From assembly GCF_000143415.4 (NCBI RefSeq), contig NW_003314356.1, positions 496,001-560,000 of the forward strand: a stretch of DNA of 64,000 nt, read 5' to 3'. The notes below the pieces were generated by a model. That model did not search any database, was not told the DNA's origin, and saw nothing but the letters and a program-made list of their open reading frames with translations. Of the stretch, positions 1-10,951 are shown in pieces. This stretch comes from Selaginella moellendorffii (taxonomy: Eukaryota > Plantae > Lycopodiophyta). Each line of letters begins with the position of its first letter. Within the stretch, counting starts at the first letter, position 1. The position numbers were made by a program, and so were the translations under genes.

Positions 1-962
1 ATACATCAAGGAGGCATTGGGCCCGTCACTCCGAGATAGTACACCTTTCAATTGGCTGACATAAAATACCGGATGAATTTTCACCCCAACTGGCAGCCGC
101 ACCCGATAAGCCGCTTTACCAATGCGCTCCAGCACTTCATATGGACCAGCATATCGATGGGAAAGTTTATCACTCTTCCCTGTCCGTAAAGGCACCAAGG
201 TGTTCCGTTGCTCACTTGACGGAAAGATCACTCGCACAAAGACGAGATCACCCACCTTATATTCCCGGAATTGGCGATGCTCATTGGCAAACTTCTCCGC
301 TCTATCCTGAGCTGCTTGCAAATTCCGTTTGCACACCACCAGAATCTCATCAAGTTCTGTGGCCAAATCAGTTGCCTCGGAATCAAGCTTATCTTGAACG
401 TCCTTACTCAAATGCAATCCCAACTCCACCGCTGTTCGAGGATGCCTTCCAAACATGGCAAAATAAGGACTTAGCTTGGTTCCACTGTGTTGGCTATTGT
501 TGTAAGCAAATTGCACCAACGGAAGATATAAATCCCATTGTCCTTGCCTTTGACCAATGCTACAACGTAGCATATCCTCCACCACCTGATTCACACGCTC
601 AGTTTGCCCATCCGTCTGAGGATGATCTCCACTTGAGAGTTTCAAAGTCACTTGCATAGCCTTTGCAAAGCTTTTCCAAAATCCACTAGTGAACTTTGAA
701 TCTCGATCACTAATGATGTCCTCCGGCAAACCAAAATCAGGAAAAACCTTCTCCAAGTAAACTGCAGCCAAGTCTGAGGCAGTGACGGTCTTCCGAAGAG
801 CCAACAACCGCACATACTTCATCAACCGATCCACTATGACCCATACTTGCTCCTTTTGCCTCTGTGTTCGTGGCAAACAAGTGATGAAGTCCATAGAGAT
901 ACTACACCAACGGCTCTGAGGAATAGGTAAAGGTTGCAAAAGTCCCCCCGGCTTCTCCCATG

Positions 963-2821
963 TGTGAGACACAAAATCCCTAGGCCCCAAAGTGGAGCCG
1001 GAAGGGCTCCACATGGTAGTGGCCGAAGCGAGAGCCAAACGAGCGTAACACGTTTGGACCAAAAGCTCCGACTTGAAAAGTCAAGAGCGGGAGTGGAAGT
1101 CCCAACGAAGTGCTCGAGGAACGAGCACGAAGCGAGCAAAAGGCGAGGCTCCAAAAAGGGACCCAAAAGGACCAACACATGACACGTGGGAGTGTCCGAG
1201 ATGGACTCGAGTTGGAGTCCGAAGTGGAGTCCGAGATGGACCTGAGTTGGAGTCCGAAGTGGAGTCCGAGATGGACCCGAGTTGGAGTCCGAAGTGGAGT
1301 CCGAGATGGACCTGAGATGGAGTCCGAGATGGAGTCCGAGATGGACCCGAGATGGACCCGAGATGGAGTCCGAGATGGAGTTCGAGATGGAGTCTGAGGT
1401 GGACCCGAGATGGACCCGAAATGGAGTCCGAGATGGAGTCCGAGATGGACCCGAGATGGACCCGAGATGGAGTCCGAGATGGACCCGAGATGGACCCGAG
1501 ATGGAGTCCGAGATGGAGTCCGAGGTGGACCCGAGATGGACCCGAAATGGAGTCCGAGATGGAGTCTGAGATGGACCCGAGATGGAGTCCGAGATGGAGT
1601 CCGAGATGGACCCGAGATGGACCCGAGATGGAGTCCGAGATGGAGTCCGAGATGGAGTCCGAAGTCGAGACCGAGACCGGGACCGAGACCGAGACCGAGA
1701 CCGAGATCGGGACCGAGACCAAGACCGAGGCCGAGGCCGAGACCGAGCCCGAGCCCGAGTCCGAGTCCGAATCCGAGTCCGAGTCCGAGTCCGAGTCCGA
1801 GTCCGAGTCCGAGTCCGGAGCCTGAGAGGGTGAAAGCCCAAAGCGTTCGTCTCCCAGACCCTGGGGGGTTTGGTGAGCTCCAAAAGTATAGTAGGGGGAG
1901 GACTGCAGTGGAGCCAGTTTAGCCAGGAAAGGCCAGTTTGGCCCAGGAAGGCTGGACCCAGTGTTGGGTGATGAGCTGCCCACTGGGAAGTCCAAGACTA
2001 GAGTGAATACGGACCGACAAGCGGGGTAGCTTGGTGAGGTGTTCAAAAGCCGGCTCTAGTTCCCCCGGGAGATCGACTGGCCGATGCTCCCAGTCCAAGT
2101 GTGGGTGGCACTACCTACTTGGATACCTGGTGTGGCTCAACGGAACCTCGCTCTAAGCCCATGGCTAGAGCACCTAAAGACGAAAGGCGGGGAGAGTACC
2201 TAGGAGGCTTGCGTAAGGCCACGGTGTTCCGAAATGGTGTCCCAAAGTCCCAGACTGTGGAAAGGAAGAGGGGTAGCCCTCCGGTGTGGTGACCAAGGAC
2301 ACAGTCACACAGTGAGGAAGTCCTAGAGGATAGTGGGACTTAGTGGTCGGGCCGGTGGGCCTCGATCCAGTGGCAGTGTTGGCGAACACAGCCAAGGACA
2401 GAAAGGGACTTGGTGGGGACCGGAACAGAGATATTGGGGAAGGCTATTCCCCATGTCTATAGGCATCCTAAGGATGTTAAGGAGTGGATCTGGGATGACC
2501 ACTCATGGATGGATGACCTAGTCTTTGAGAGACGGGATTGGAATGTAGGTGGTGTTGGACCACCAGTGTGACCAAGGTAAATGGGCATGGCCTTAGCGTA
2601 ACGGGCCGATATGTCGGTGGTACCTTGGGGTGTCGATCATGGGATCGGACACGTGGAGCACTTGGACCAAGTGCTAAGGTTGAGTGGCATGGATGCCATT
2701 CTCGGGGCTAGCAAGCCCCAAGTCCTGAGTTGGGCTTATAGAGGTTGTGAATGAGACTCCTCCAAGTGGTCGGAGGTGTGGTTAAGTGACTAAAGTAGAA
2801 TGGAAAAATTAGTCGCTTACA
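963..2821 (+). mobile_element. Family A solo LTR (1859 bp) inserted in the integrase
   Basis: TGTGAGAC...CGCTTACA termini; 5-bp TSD CCATG at 958-962 and 2822-2826. Confidence 0.95.
1196..1817 (+). repeat. Tandem array inside the family A LTR (11/12-mers grading into 6-mers)
   Basis: Units CCGAGATGGAGT, CCGAGATGGAC, CCGAAGTGGAGT and CCGAGTTGGAGT, then (CCGAGA)n and (CCGAGT)n. Confidence 0.95.
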
Positions 2822-4081
2822 CCATGGCACCTTAACCCGCTGACAAAGCTCGCATGATTTATAATACTTGAGGATATCAGCCTTCATATTCCTCCAATAA
2901 AAGTTGCGCTTAATCAACTCATACGTCTTCTTCCCCCCAAAATGACCGGCCTCTAGACGATCATGATAGTGGAATAAAACTTGAGTAATTAACGCATCCA
3001 CCCGTGGCAAATATACACGGCCATTGTAGTAGAGAATTCCATCCATCAATGAGAAAGGAGCTTCCATCTGGTCTCGCAAAGAGGCCACCTCAGCATCCTG
3101 AGCTTGAGCATGCTCAACCAATTGCCCAAACTCGCTAACCACCTTACTCAAATGATGACAAAATCGTGTTCGTAACGTCGTCACATGATGAACACGAGAT
3201 AAAGCATCCGCCACCACATTTGATTTTCCCGGATGATGCGCAATAGGAAACTCCCCAAACTCCATGAGTTTGACCATCCAACGAACTTGCCTAGTGTTCA
3301 ACTCCTTCTGTGTGAAAAGATACACAAGTGGTTTGTGATCTGTCAACACCACGAACACTGCACCATAAAGATAGTGCCGCCACGTCCGCAAAGCATGAAC
3401 AATAGAGAGTAACTCTTGCTCATATGTGGAATAGCGTTGCTCAGCGGAATTCAAAGTTCGACTCTCATATGCAATAGGCTGTCCCTCTTGCATGAGAACT
3501 CCTCCCAGTGCATAACCACTCGCATCGCATGTCACCTCATAAGGTTTTGATGGATCAGCAATGCGAAGCACTGGAGCCTCGCTCAACAATCGTTTCAGCG
3601 CCACAAAACTCTCCTCTTGTGGCATCTTCCACTCGAATGGCACATTCTTACGTAACAACCGCGTCAAAGGAATAGCCACCTCTGCAAACTTATGCTGGAA
3701 ACGTCGGTAGTAACTAGCCATACCAAGAAAACTGCGCAACTCAGCCACTGTAGTCGGTGTAAATGGCCTAGATATTCCACCTCCGACTTTGCAAATTCAC
3801 ATTTGCTCTTCTTCGCATAAAGTTTGCTGTCTCGAAGTAACAAAAGAACCTTGCGCAAATGCACCCTATGCTCCTCCATATTCTTGCTAAAAACAAGAAT
3901 ATCGTCCAAGAAAATCTCCACAAACTCATGAAGATAACGCCCAAAGACCTCCATCATCAACCGAGTAAATGTGGCCGGTGCATTCGTCAAACCAAACGGT
4001 ATAACTGTAAACTCAAAATGTCCGAAGCTTGTGTTGAATGCCGTCTTGGAGATAGATGCCTCATCCATTGCAATCTGATGA

Positions 4082-4192
4082 NNNNNNNNNNNNNNNNNNN
4101 NNNNNNNNNNNNNNNNNNNNNNNNNNNNNNNNNNNNNNNNNNNNNNNNNNNNNNNNNNNNNNNNNNNNNNNNNNNNNNNNNNNNNNNNNNNN
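4082..4192. other. Assembly gap (111 N)
   Basis: Run of N within RT. Confidence 1.
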
Positions 4193-4235
4193 GACGCGGT
4201 AGTCAATACACATTCGCATTGAACGTCCCTCTTCT

Positions 4236-6113
4236 TCACAAGCAAGACCGGAGCACCAAATGGAGACTTACTTGGCTGAATGAATCCAAACTCAAGTAAC
4301 TCCTTGACTTGTCGTGAACTTCTTGCTCCTCCGCATAACTTAACCGAAGTGGACGCCGGTAAATTGGCCGTGTCCCCGGCTCCAATGTAATCCCATGCTC
4401 CACACCTCGTAACGGAGGCAATCCATGAGGAAGTTCAGATGGAAAAACATCAGAAAACTCGTCAAGTACATCCCGTATTGCTGCTTCTCCCCCACACGTG
4501 CCTTGGTCGCCCAAGTCACGAACAAACAGCAAGTAACTCGAAAGTGCTTTTCCATTATGATAAGCCCACTTCAAAGATGTAGCAGAGAGCATAACAACTG
4601 GTGGTTGAACACCCTCGCCAAACCACACATCTTTAACGCCACCATACTCCAGCAAGATACGCTTAATGCTCCACTTTATCTCTGGATCCACCTTCACCAA
4701 CCATGGCATCCCAAGAATGAGATCCACACAATGGATATCCGCGAGATAAAAAGTCTCCACAAGTGTGGTTTTGCCAACCAACACTTCCAGCCCCTCAACA
4801 CAAGCATCGAAATGCTGAGCAGAGGTAGCTGCACCTTCCACTGTGTATGGAAGAACTCCATGTGTGTTCAAGCGATGCTCCGCAACAAACTTTGCCGAAA
4901 CAAAGTTGTCATCGCTCCCACTATCCAGTAAAATCCGCACTGGATTGCCACGGAACACGCCCTCCAGCATTAAAGCTGATTCACGCGTATCCTCGAGCTC
5001 CATCTTGTTCCACACACAGTTGAGTTGACGAGCAACGATCGAAAGTCTCTTCCTCCGACCGGAATGGTCGTTCTCATCATCCTCACACTGTAAAGCTTGC
5101 AACTTTTTAGTATCTGACTTACCGTGAGAAGATGATTGGCCATTCTTCTTGTCTTGCTGCTTGTTCTTCAACTGCGGACAATCAGCCTTGTAGTGTCCAA
5201 GTTTGCCGCAATGATGACAACCTTGTCTATAATTCTTCACAAAGAACTTCTGCTTCTTGGACCCCTTTGCATCTGACGTAGTCACCACCGACTTCAACTT
5301 GTGATGCTTGTTCCCATCCTTGTGTCCACGGCGATTCTCGACAGAAGGACTCCGCGAATGCTTGCGGGACTTGTGCTTGTTATTGTCAAGGCAACGAGCC
5401 GCATCAAAGAGCTCCTCCAAACTCTTTGTAGGCTGAGAATGACGCAAGTATTGCCACATACTCTCACTATGTAGGCCATCAATGAAGTAGGACTTGTTCT
5501 GATGTGGATCCTTCATTGGAACACGATTAATCAAGCGAGTAAGCTTCTCAATATAGTCCCCGAGCGTCATTTTCCCTTGCTGGAAATGGCAAAGTTCTGT
5601 ACGAGCATTCTCCACGTCGTAATGAGGGGCAAAACGTAAACGAAAAGCAGCCTCAAACTCATCCATGGTAGACACTGGTGGTTTCTTATCCGCAACACGG
5701 GACTCCTCAAGCCAATTCCACCATCGAAGACCCGCATCACGCAAAACCATCGGAATAGCCACTAAAGCCTCTGCATCTGGAGTTCCTCTAGCAGCCAAGA
5801 ACTTCTTCACATTGGCTAGCCAAGCGAGACACTCGTCCACACCACCATCACCGGAAAAGGTTGGAATCTTGAGTCGATCTACCAAAGAAGGCTTGCTTGG
5901 AGCGCTACCCCGTCCAGCCTTGAGTGCCTCAACACGCCCACGCATGGTATCCATCATGCCATGCATCTCGTCTTGCATCTCTTGCTGATTTTTATTAAGG
6001 GCTCGCAGCTCATGAACCACATCTTGAATGGTCCAAATCTCCGCAGCTTCGTCGGCACCATCGTCGGCACCACCATCGATGATAGGATTCCAGCGTTCAG
6101 CTTGGTTGGCCAT
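4236..6113 (-). CDS. Gag-protease polyprotein (N-terminal part of gag-pol)
   Basis: ORF 4236-6122 with capsid-like helices (IPTFSG..WL, FQQGKMTLGDY..F..GL), CCHC knuckle and DSG protease. Confidence 0.9.
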   Translation of the reverse strand: MANQAERWNPIIDGGADDGADEAAEIWTIQDVVHELRALNKNQQEMQDEMHGMMDTMRGRVEALKAGRGSAPSKPSLVDRLKIPTFSGDGGVDECLAWLANVKKFLAARGTPDAEALVAIPMVLRDAGLRWWNWLEESRVADKKPPVSTMDEFEAAFRLRFAPHYDVENARTELCHFQQGKMTLGDYIEKLTRLINRVPMKDPHQNKSYFIDGLHSESMWQYLRHSQPTKSLEELFDAARCLDNNKHKSRKHSRSPSVENRRGHKDGNKHHKLKSVVTTSDAKGSKKQKFFVKNYRQGCHHCGKLGHYKADCPQLKNKQQDKKNGQSSSHGKSDTKKLQALQCEDDENDHSGRRKRLSIVARQLNCVWNKMELEDTRESALMLEGVFRGNPVRILLDSGSDDNFVSAKFVAEHRLNTHGVLPYTVEGAATSAQHFDACVEGLEVLVGKTTLVETFYLADIHCVDLILGMPWLVKVDPEIKWSIKRILLEYGGVKDVWFGEGVQPPVVMLSATSLKWAYHNGKALSSYLLFVRDLGDQGTCGGEAAIRDVLDEFSDVFPSELPHGLPPLRGVEHGITLEPGTRPIYRRPLRLSYAEEQEVHDKSRSYLSLDSFSQVSLHLVLRSCL

Positions 6114-6123
6114 CGCAACCAAT

Positions 6124-6135
6124 CCTCTGATACCA
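6124..6135 (-). promoter_or_regulatory. Primer binding site, tRNA-iMet type
   Basis: TGGTATCAGAGG 1 nt after the LTR end; TGGTATCAGAG is the standard plant iMet PBS. Confidence 0.9.
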
Positions 6136-6136
6136 A

Positions 6137-6369
6137 TGTTATGATCCGGTGCAAAAAAATAAAGATCTAGTTGCCCTAGACTATGCTACGCCACCTCTTG
6201 AGGTTCCTCACCACCCAACCACCCCCAAGCTACCTCAAAAGCTCCACTGCACCGCCGCTCCACTGTGAGCCCTAGGGTAGGTTAAGTCCCTTACCCTAAC
6301 ATGCCTTAATATACCCTTGAGCCTCCCTTTGACCGATGTTGACCACGTAGTCAAAGCTGGCGCCTAACA
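6137..6369 (-). repeat. 5' LTR of the short-LTR gypsy element
   Basis: TGTTAGGCG...CATAACA inverted termini, immediately followed by a tRNA-iMet PBS and gag. The outer flank ATCTC is family-A array sequence. Confidence 0.9.
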
Positions 6370-8367
6370 ATCTCGGACTCCATCTCGGACTCCATCTCAG
6401 TCCACCTCGGACTTCGTCTCGGACTCCATCTCAGACTCCGTCTCAGTCCATCTCAGACACCATCTCGGACTCTATCTCGGACTCCGTCTCGATCCACCTC
6501 GGACTCCATCTCGGACTCCATCTCGGACTCCGTCTCAGTCCACCTCGAACTCCATCTCGGACTCCATCTCGGACTCCGTCTCGGTCCACCTCAGACTCCA
6601 TCTTGGACTCCATCTCAGACTCCATCTCGGGCTCCACTTCAGACTCCACTTCGGGTCCATCTCGGACACTTCCACGTGTCATGTGTTGGTCCTTTTAGGT
6701 CCCTTTTTGGAGCCTCGCTTATTGTTCGCTTCATTGCTCGTTCCTTGAGCACTCCGTTGGGAGTTCCACTCCCACTCTCAACCTCTCAAGTTGGAGCCTT
6801 TTAGTCCAAATGTGTTACGCTTGTTTGGCTTTTGCTTCGGCCACTACCATGTGGCACCCTTTGGGCTCCACTTTGGGGCTTAGGGATTTGTGTCTCACAA
6901 CTCCACCACCCATAGACGAAGTTCAATATCCTTATCGAACGGTAAACCCTTTTATAAAGTAACACCCACATGTATTACCGTTTCCATCCTTGGCCCCCGG
7001 CCAATATTTGTCTATGGTTTGACACCAAAGGCGCACCATGCCTTGTCCATCCTCTAAGGAACATAGTCTCTCCAATATAGAGACTCATTCGACCACCTGG
7101 GGTGGTTTGCTCCCTTTTATTGGTTCAGTTCTCCCTAAACCCGTTAGAGACTCCCTCTCTAACTCAATTCCACTACTCATTCTCGAGTAGTCTCAGATTC
7201 CATTGACATAACCTTGCACTTTAGAACTTTTAGTTTTGACTTCTCAGAGTCAATTTCCTAGGTGTCTCCGACACCTTACGTTGCACATAGTGCAACTCCA
7301 CTTCCCTATCCTAGGAAGTTCTTTACTTGAGGATACCATCATCCTCTCTCTGATATCGTGCCACCTTTGACACTAAGTTTCAGTTATCATAATTGGTGCT
7401 AGGGTTGCCCACGTCCCTATTATTTGGCTACCTTACCGCTCCCCTCTCTGGAGCATCCACTTCGCCAAATCGGAGCGGTTGAGAATCCACCCTTAGGGAA
7501 ACTTTGCCTTTCCCAAATTCCGTTAGCACCCAACACATTAGTGTTCTCGGCTTAACTTTTGCCATTTGGATTCTTTCCCAGGATTCCCATGGCTCTTTTC
7601 TTAGCCACTAGTCTTTTGCTCCTATCTTTGATTGTTGCACCCAGCAATATAAGATCGCTACCTCCATTTTCAAGGTTTCCTTTCAGTTCCATAGCAAACA
7701 TTTTGCTTTGCCAAGTCCAGAGGGTGTTCACCCCTAGTATGTCTCTTTAACATTTTCTGCTGTGGGCTCTATCCACGGCCCAACTTTTGAGATCCTTTCT
7801 TGGATCTCTTACAGAGACTACCTTCCTTGAACTTACTATGCCACAACATTGACATAGCTCATTTCCCTTAGGTGTTCTTCCCACTTGGTCACCTTGACCA
7901 ATCCACACCATTATCAATAGTTCAAATCAGCACTTTGAACTAGGAATCATATTCCTTAACCCAAACAAAGACCTTGTCCTTGTTTAGCCACAAGATCACC
8001 TGGTGATCTCATGTTGACCCCTTAATAGGTTTACCCATAGGAACTAGGTCTTCTAGACCCCTCCATGTTGTTGACTATGACCCCGGGGGCATCCCCCACA
8101 CTTGGCGGTGCGCCCAAGCCAGCCCTTCCAGCCAAGGATCCATGGCAACTGAGACTGGGTGTCCCTATCTCATTCACCACGTCCTTGGTGCCCTTTGCAC
8201 CAAAGTGTTCAAGTTATATATGCCGAGCTTTCACTTTAAACAATCTAACTGTGTATCACAACTCCAGAGCATCCCCTGCTTGGTGGTGTGCCCAAGTCAG
8301 TCTCCTCACTAAGAGTCCATGACCACTGAAATATGAGTGTCCTCATATTCCAAACCATCACCACGCC

Positions 8368-8489
8368 CTAGTGATTTAGGACTCGAACCCAAGCACTAGA
8401 GGTTTGGGACTCAAACCCAACCTCCGTATATGCATTTACGGATGGCATCACGTAGGATGCCTGGCGTGACTCATCACGCCAGTGCACCA
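8368..8489 (-). other. Five-hairpin, tRNA-like structured segment in the family A internal region
   Basis: Consecutive stems CTGGCGTGA/TCACGCCAG, GCATC/GATGC, TCCGTA/TACGGA, GGTTGGG-TTTGAGT-CCCAAACC and CTAGTGCTTGGG-TTCGAGT-CCTAAATCACTAG. Confidence 0.55.
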
Positions 8490-10939
8490 ATTTATACTTA
8501 AAGCGCGCTACAGATCACAGCTTAGGAACCTAGTTCCTCCACACTACCAAGTCCTCTCACTTGACAAATTTGTGATCATGCATGGACTCCTCCATGCTTG
8601 GCCCCACAGCCCACCCTTTTTGAAGTTATCACCTTCAATTAGGGTATTTGTTCCCTCGACTTGCCAATCTCGCTTGGCAAGTCCTCCGACCACTATAACA
8701 TGGTTCTTGCATAAGCGTGAAAGTCCTTGACCATCGACTTTCGTTCAAAGCCCTTTCTTTGAACACTCGGGAACTACTTCCCTAACCTTGATAGCCTTGC
8801 CTCATGGCAAGCTTTAAGACCACGCTTCTGCTGCGCCACTCTGATTTCGCGCGTTCTATGAACCATTTACACTTGGCCTTTCTAGGTACTATGTTACCTA
8901 GAATCGTCTTTGGGAACCTTGAAGGAACTCTGTCCCTCAGCTTGCTAAGGCCTCCCCTTTCGCAAGCTTTATAGTTGCTATATAGTCTAACATGGACAAT
9001 TCCATATTTTAGACTCTCTATGGCATCACGGCTGCTAGCAACAACATCCTCAAGCACCCTCTTGATTCTCCACTCCCAACTTGCATAACCACCGTTGAAT
9101 ATGCCTTTCGATTTCCATGGTTCAATTCCAGCCCAATACTGCTTGCCTTTTGGCCCCATATGTTTCCTTTGGTTATTCTCCTCCAGACTAGGAGGATAGC
9201 TTTGCACATTTTACTATGCCTTAGTAAGTATTCTTAGGGATGAACCTACCCGATAGCCTAGGGAGTGCTTCCTCAATCTTGGGCATGCTCACCTTATAAT
9301 CCCACACATCGGGATTAACGTTGCTGCTTATGGGCCTTTACATGCCCATTGCTAGCCTTGCCAAAATTCCATTTTTGGCTTTGTCCAATTCGGGTAGACA
9401 ATCTTCTCTTGTCTCCACAACCTTGGACATTTGGATAGCACTTACTATCCATCATTCGCTAGGGACTTAGTCCCTTGGGCCTTATCTTTTGCCCTTGCGA
9501 CACGAAACACCACCTTCTGGTGTTCTAGAGTGTTTGGGTGTCCCAATGATGGCCTCCTGACAATGAGCATTCCCGTTTACGACATTGACTTGCTATATCG
9601 CAACATAAACAATTTATCCCTCGTAAGGGTATCTCTAACTTCCTTATGCCATTAAGAAGTCTTGGGTAGCTACCTTCTACCCATTTAACCAATTATCCTG
9701 CACCTCTTGCTTAGTTGCCCCATAGTTGTTAAGTCCTATAACTCATTGCTTGGTATTTCCACACCTCCATCATTATTTGGGTCACCACACTCCAACCGCA
9801 TGCCTTCTAGCTTAGGCCATGCCATTCCCACTTCCATTGGGATTCCCTTGGCAAGGGGTTCTTATGAACCCACCATCATAACTTCAAGGTATCACACCTT
9901 GGCACATTTGGTGTCTCCACACCATCGTCCCCACGAACCTACCCTTATGACACTATTTATTAGTGTCTAGGTCTTTGCCAAGACCAATATAGTTGTTCCT
10001 CATGCTAACTATCCGTTAGCACTGCACCATAGTGTTTGCACCCAACTCTGGGCCAAAGTTGCTTTCTTCTGGGAACATCTTTCCCACAACTTTAGTATGG
10101 CACATTCTGCCATCATATTGTTCTCATACTTGGATCTTATGATCCTCCTTATACCTCATGGGGCACCATACACCTCGGTCCAAATGCTCCAACCAATCAC
10201 TTAGGATCATTCCCTGACTCCGCTTGAGTCATCCAGCATTTTGGACTTTGCTAATCCAACAACCTGCGAGGTCTCAGTCTTAGAGGTGCCAACTCACTAG
10301 AATACAACTTCTTGTATTCACATCCTACTCACAAGGACAATCTTTGCAAGTGTTACTCCAACACTTGATGATTTTCTTGGGGCTAACCTTTGCCCCTTAG
10401 GACTACTTGTCCATGTGATGAGAATAGCAACTCATCTTTAAGTACACCCCCAACTCCTTGGGTTGTTCCAGCATTTATTAGAGGTAGTCCCGGCTACCAT
10501 TTCAAGGATTGGTGTCCTCTTCTGTATTTGACTTCCCACGGTCAACAATTCTGGTCTCAAATTTATGAGTACTAGCCTCAACCATATAAGGGTAATCTTG
10601 TGACTCCTTTATTATTTTGGAGTCTACATCTTTCTCGTGATCCGAACCATAGTTGTTTACCACAACTACATGAGCTCGTTTGCTGCGTCAAACGCTCATC
10701 TGGATCACATCCTCAGCTCTCTGAGGAAACCCTTATACTGTTCCCAAGATCCCAAAGTCGTTCCCTTACTGGCCCTTTTCCATCCACCATATTGTGCAAA
10801 AGTTCATGCATGAACTTGAGTGGAGAGCCATGTCCTTTCGACATACTACTCCTTGAAGATAGGTCCATATTTAGGACCTTCCGATTCCAATACAAGCAGT
10901 GATATACTTGGCCACCAATAAGAGTCGGACTAAGGAACA

Positions 10940-10951
10940 GCTCCGATACCA
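10940..10951 (-). promoter_or_regulatory. Primer binding site (tRNA-iMet type) of the family A element
   Basis: TGGTATCGGAGC 3 nt after the LTR end. Confidence 0.85.

Larger units (their letters stand above)
1..4245 (-). pseudogene. pol (RT-RNase H-integrase), disrupted
   Basis: ORFs 3664-4245 (RT) and 2708-3748 (RH, IN zinc finger). After removing 963-2821 and one TSD the frame reads VKVPW-EKPGGLLQPLPIP and runs on through the integrase to the window edge. Confidence 0.9.
1..6369 (-). mobile_element. Ty3/gypsy LTR retrotransposon with short (233 bp) LTR; defective; 3' end beyond the left window edge
   Basis: 5' LTR 6369-6137 (TGTTA...TAACA) and PBS TGGTATCAGAGG at 6135-6124. gag ATG at 6113, then Zn knuckle CHHCGKLGHYKADC, protease LLDSGS, RT (PFGLTNAPATF, FLDD ~3901-3912), RNase H (CDASGYALGGVL), integrase HHCC (CELC), core (MDFIT..VIVDR..SDRD..HPQTDGQTERVNQ) and GPY motif near 140. 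Frameshifts near 4240-4300, a deletion near 3762, and a solo-LTR insertion at 963-2821. Confidence 0.95.

Noticed and set aside
1196-1817. CRISPR-like or telomeric array
   Set aside because: No unique spacers, no cas genes, not TTTAGGG; it is a tandem repeat internal to an LTR in a plant genome.
1969-2000. Hammerhead ribozyme (retrozyme) core suggested by TGATGAG in the LTR and at ~8470
   Set aside because: Lacks the CUGA start and the GAAA after stem II; stems I and III cannot be built.
834-2046. Long RS-, SD-, GL- and MESE-repeat ORFs in several frames (also 11677-12630, 31811-32760, 38460-39414)
   Set aside because: They arise because the array units lack stop codons in every frame. 11-bp units shift frames freely, many starts are non-ATG, and ORF ends differ between copies.
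4236-4320. Programmed gag-pol frameshift
   Set aside because: The shifts fall inside the start of RT next to an assembly gap, with no slippery heptamer; mutation or low-quality sequence is more likely.
8393-8485. Functional tRNA gene
   Set aside because: Six-nt anticodon-position loop, no D-loop GG and non-standard spacing; kept only as a tRNA-like structure.
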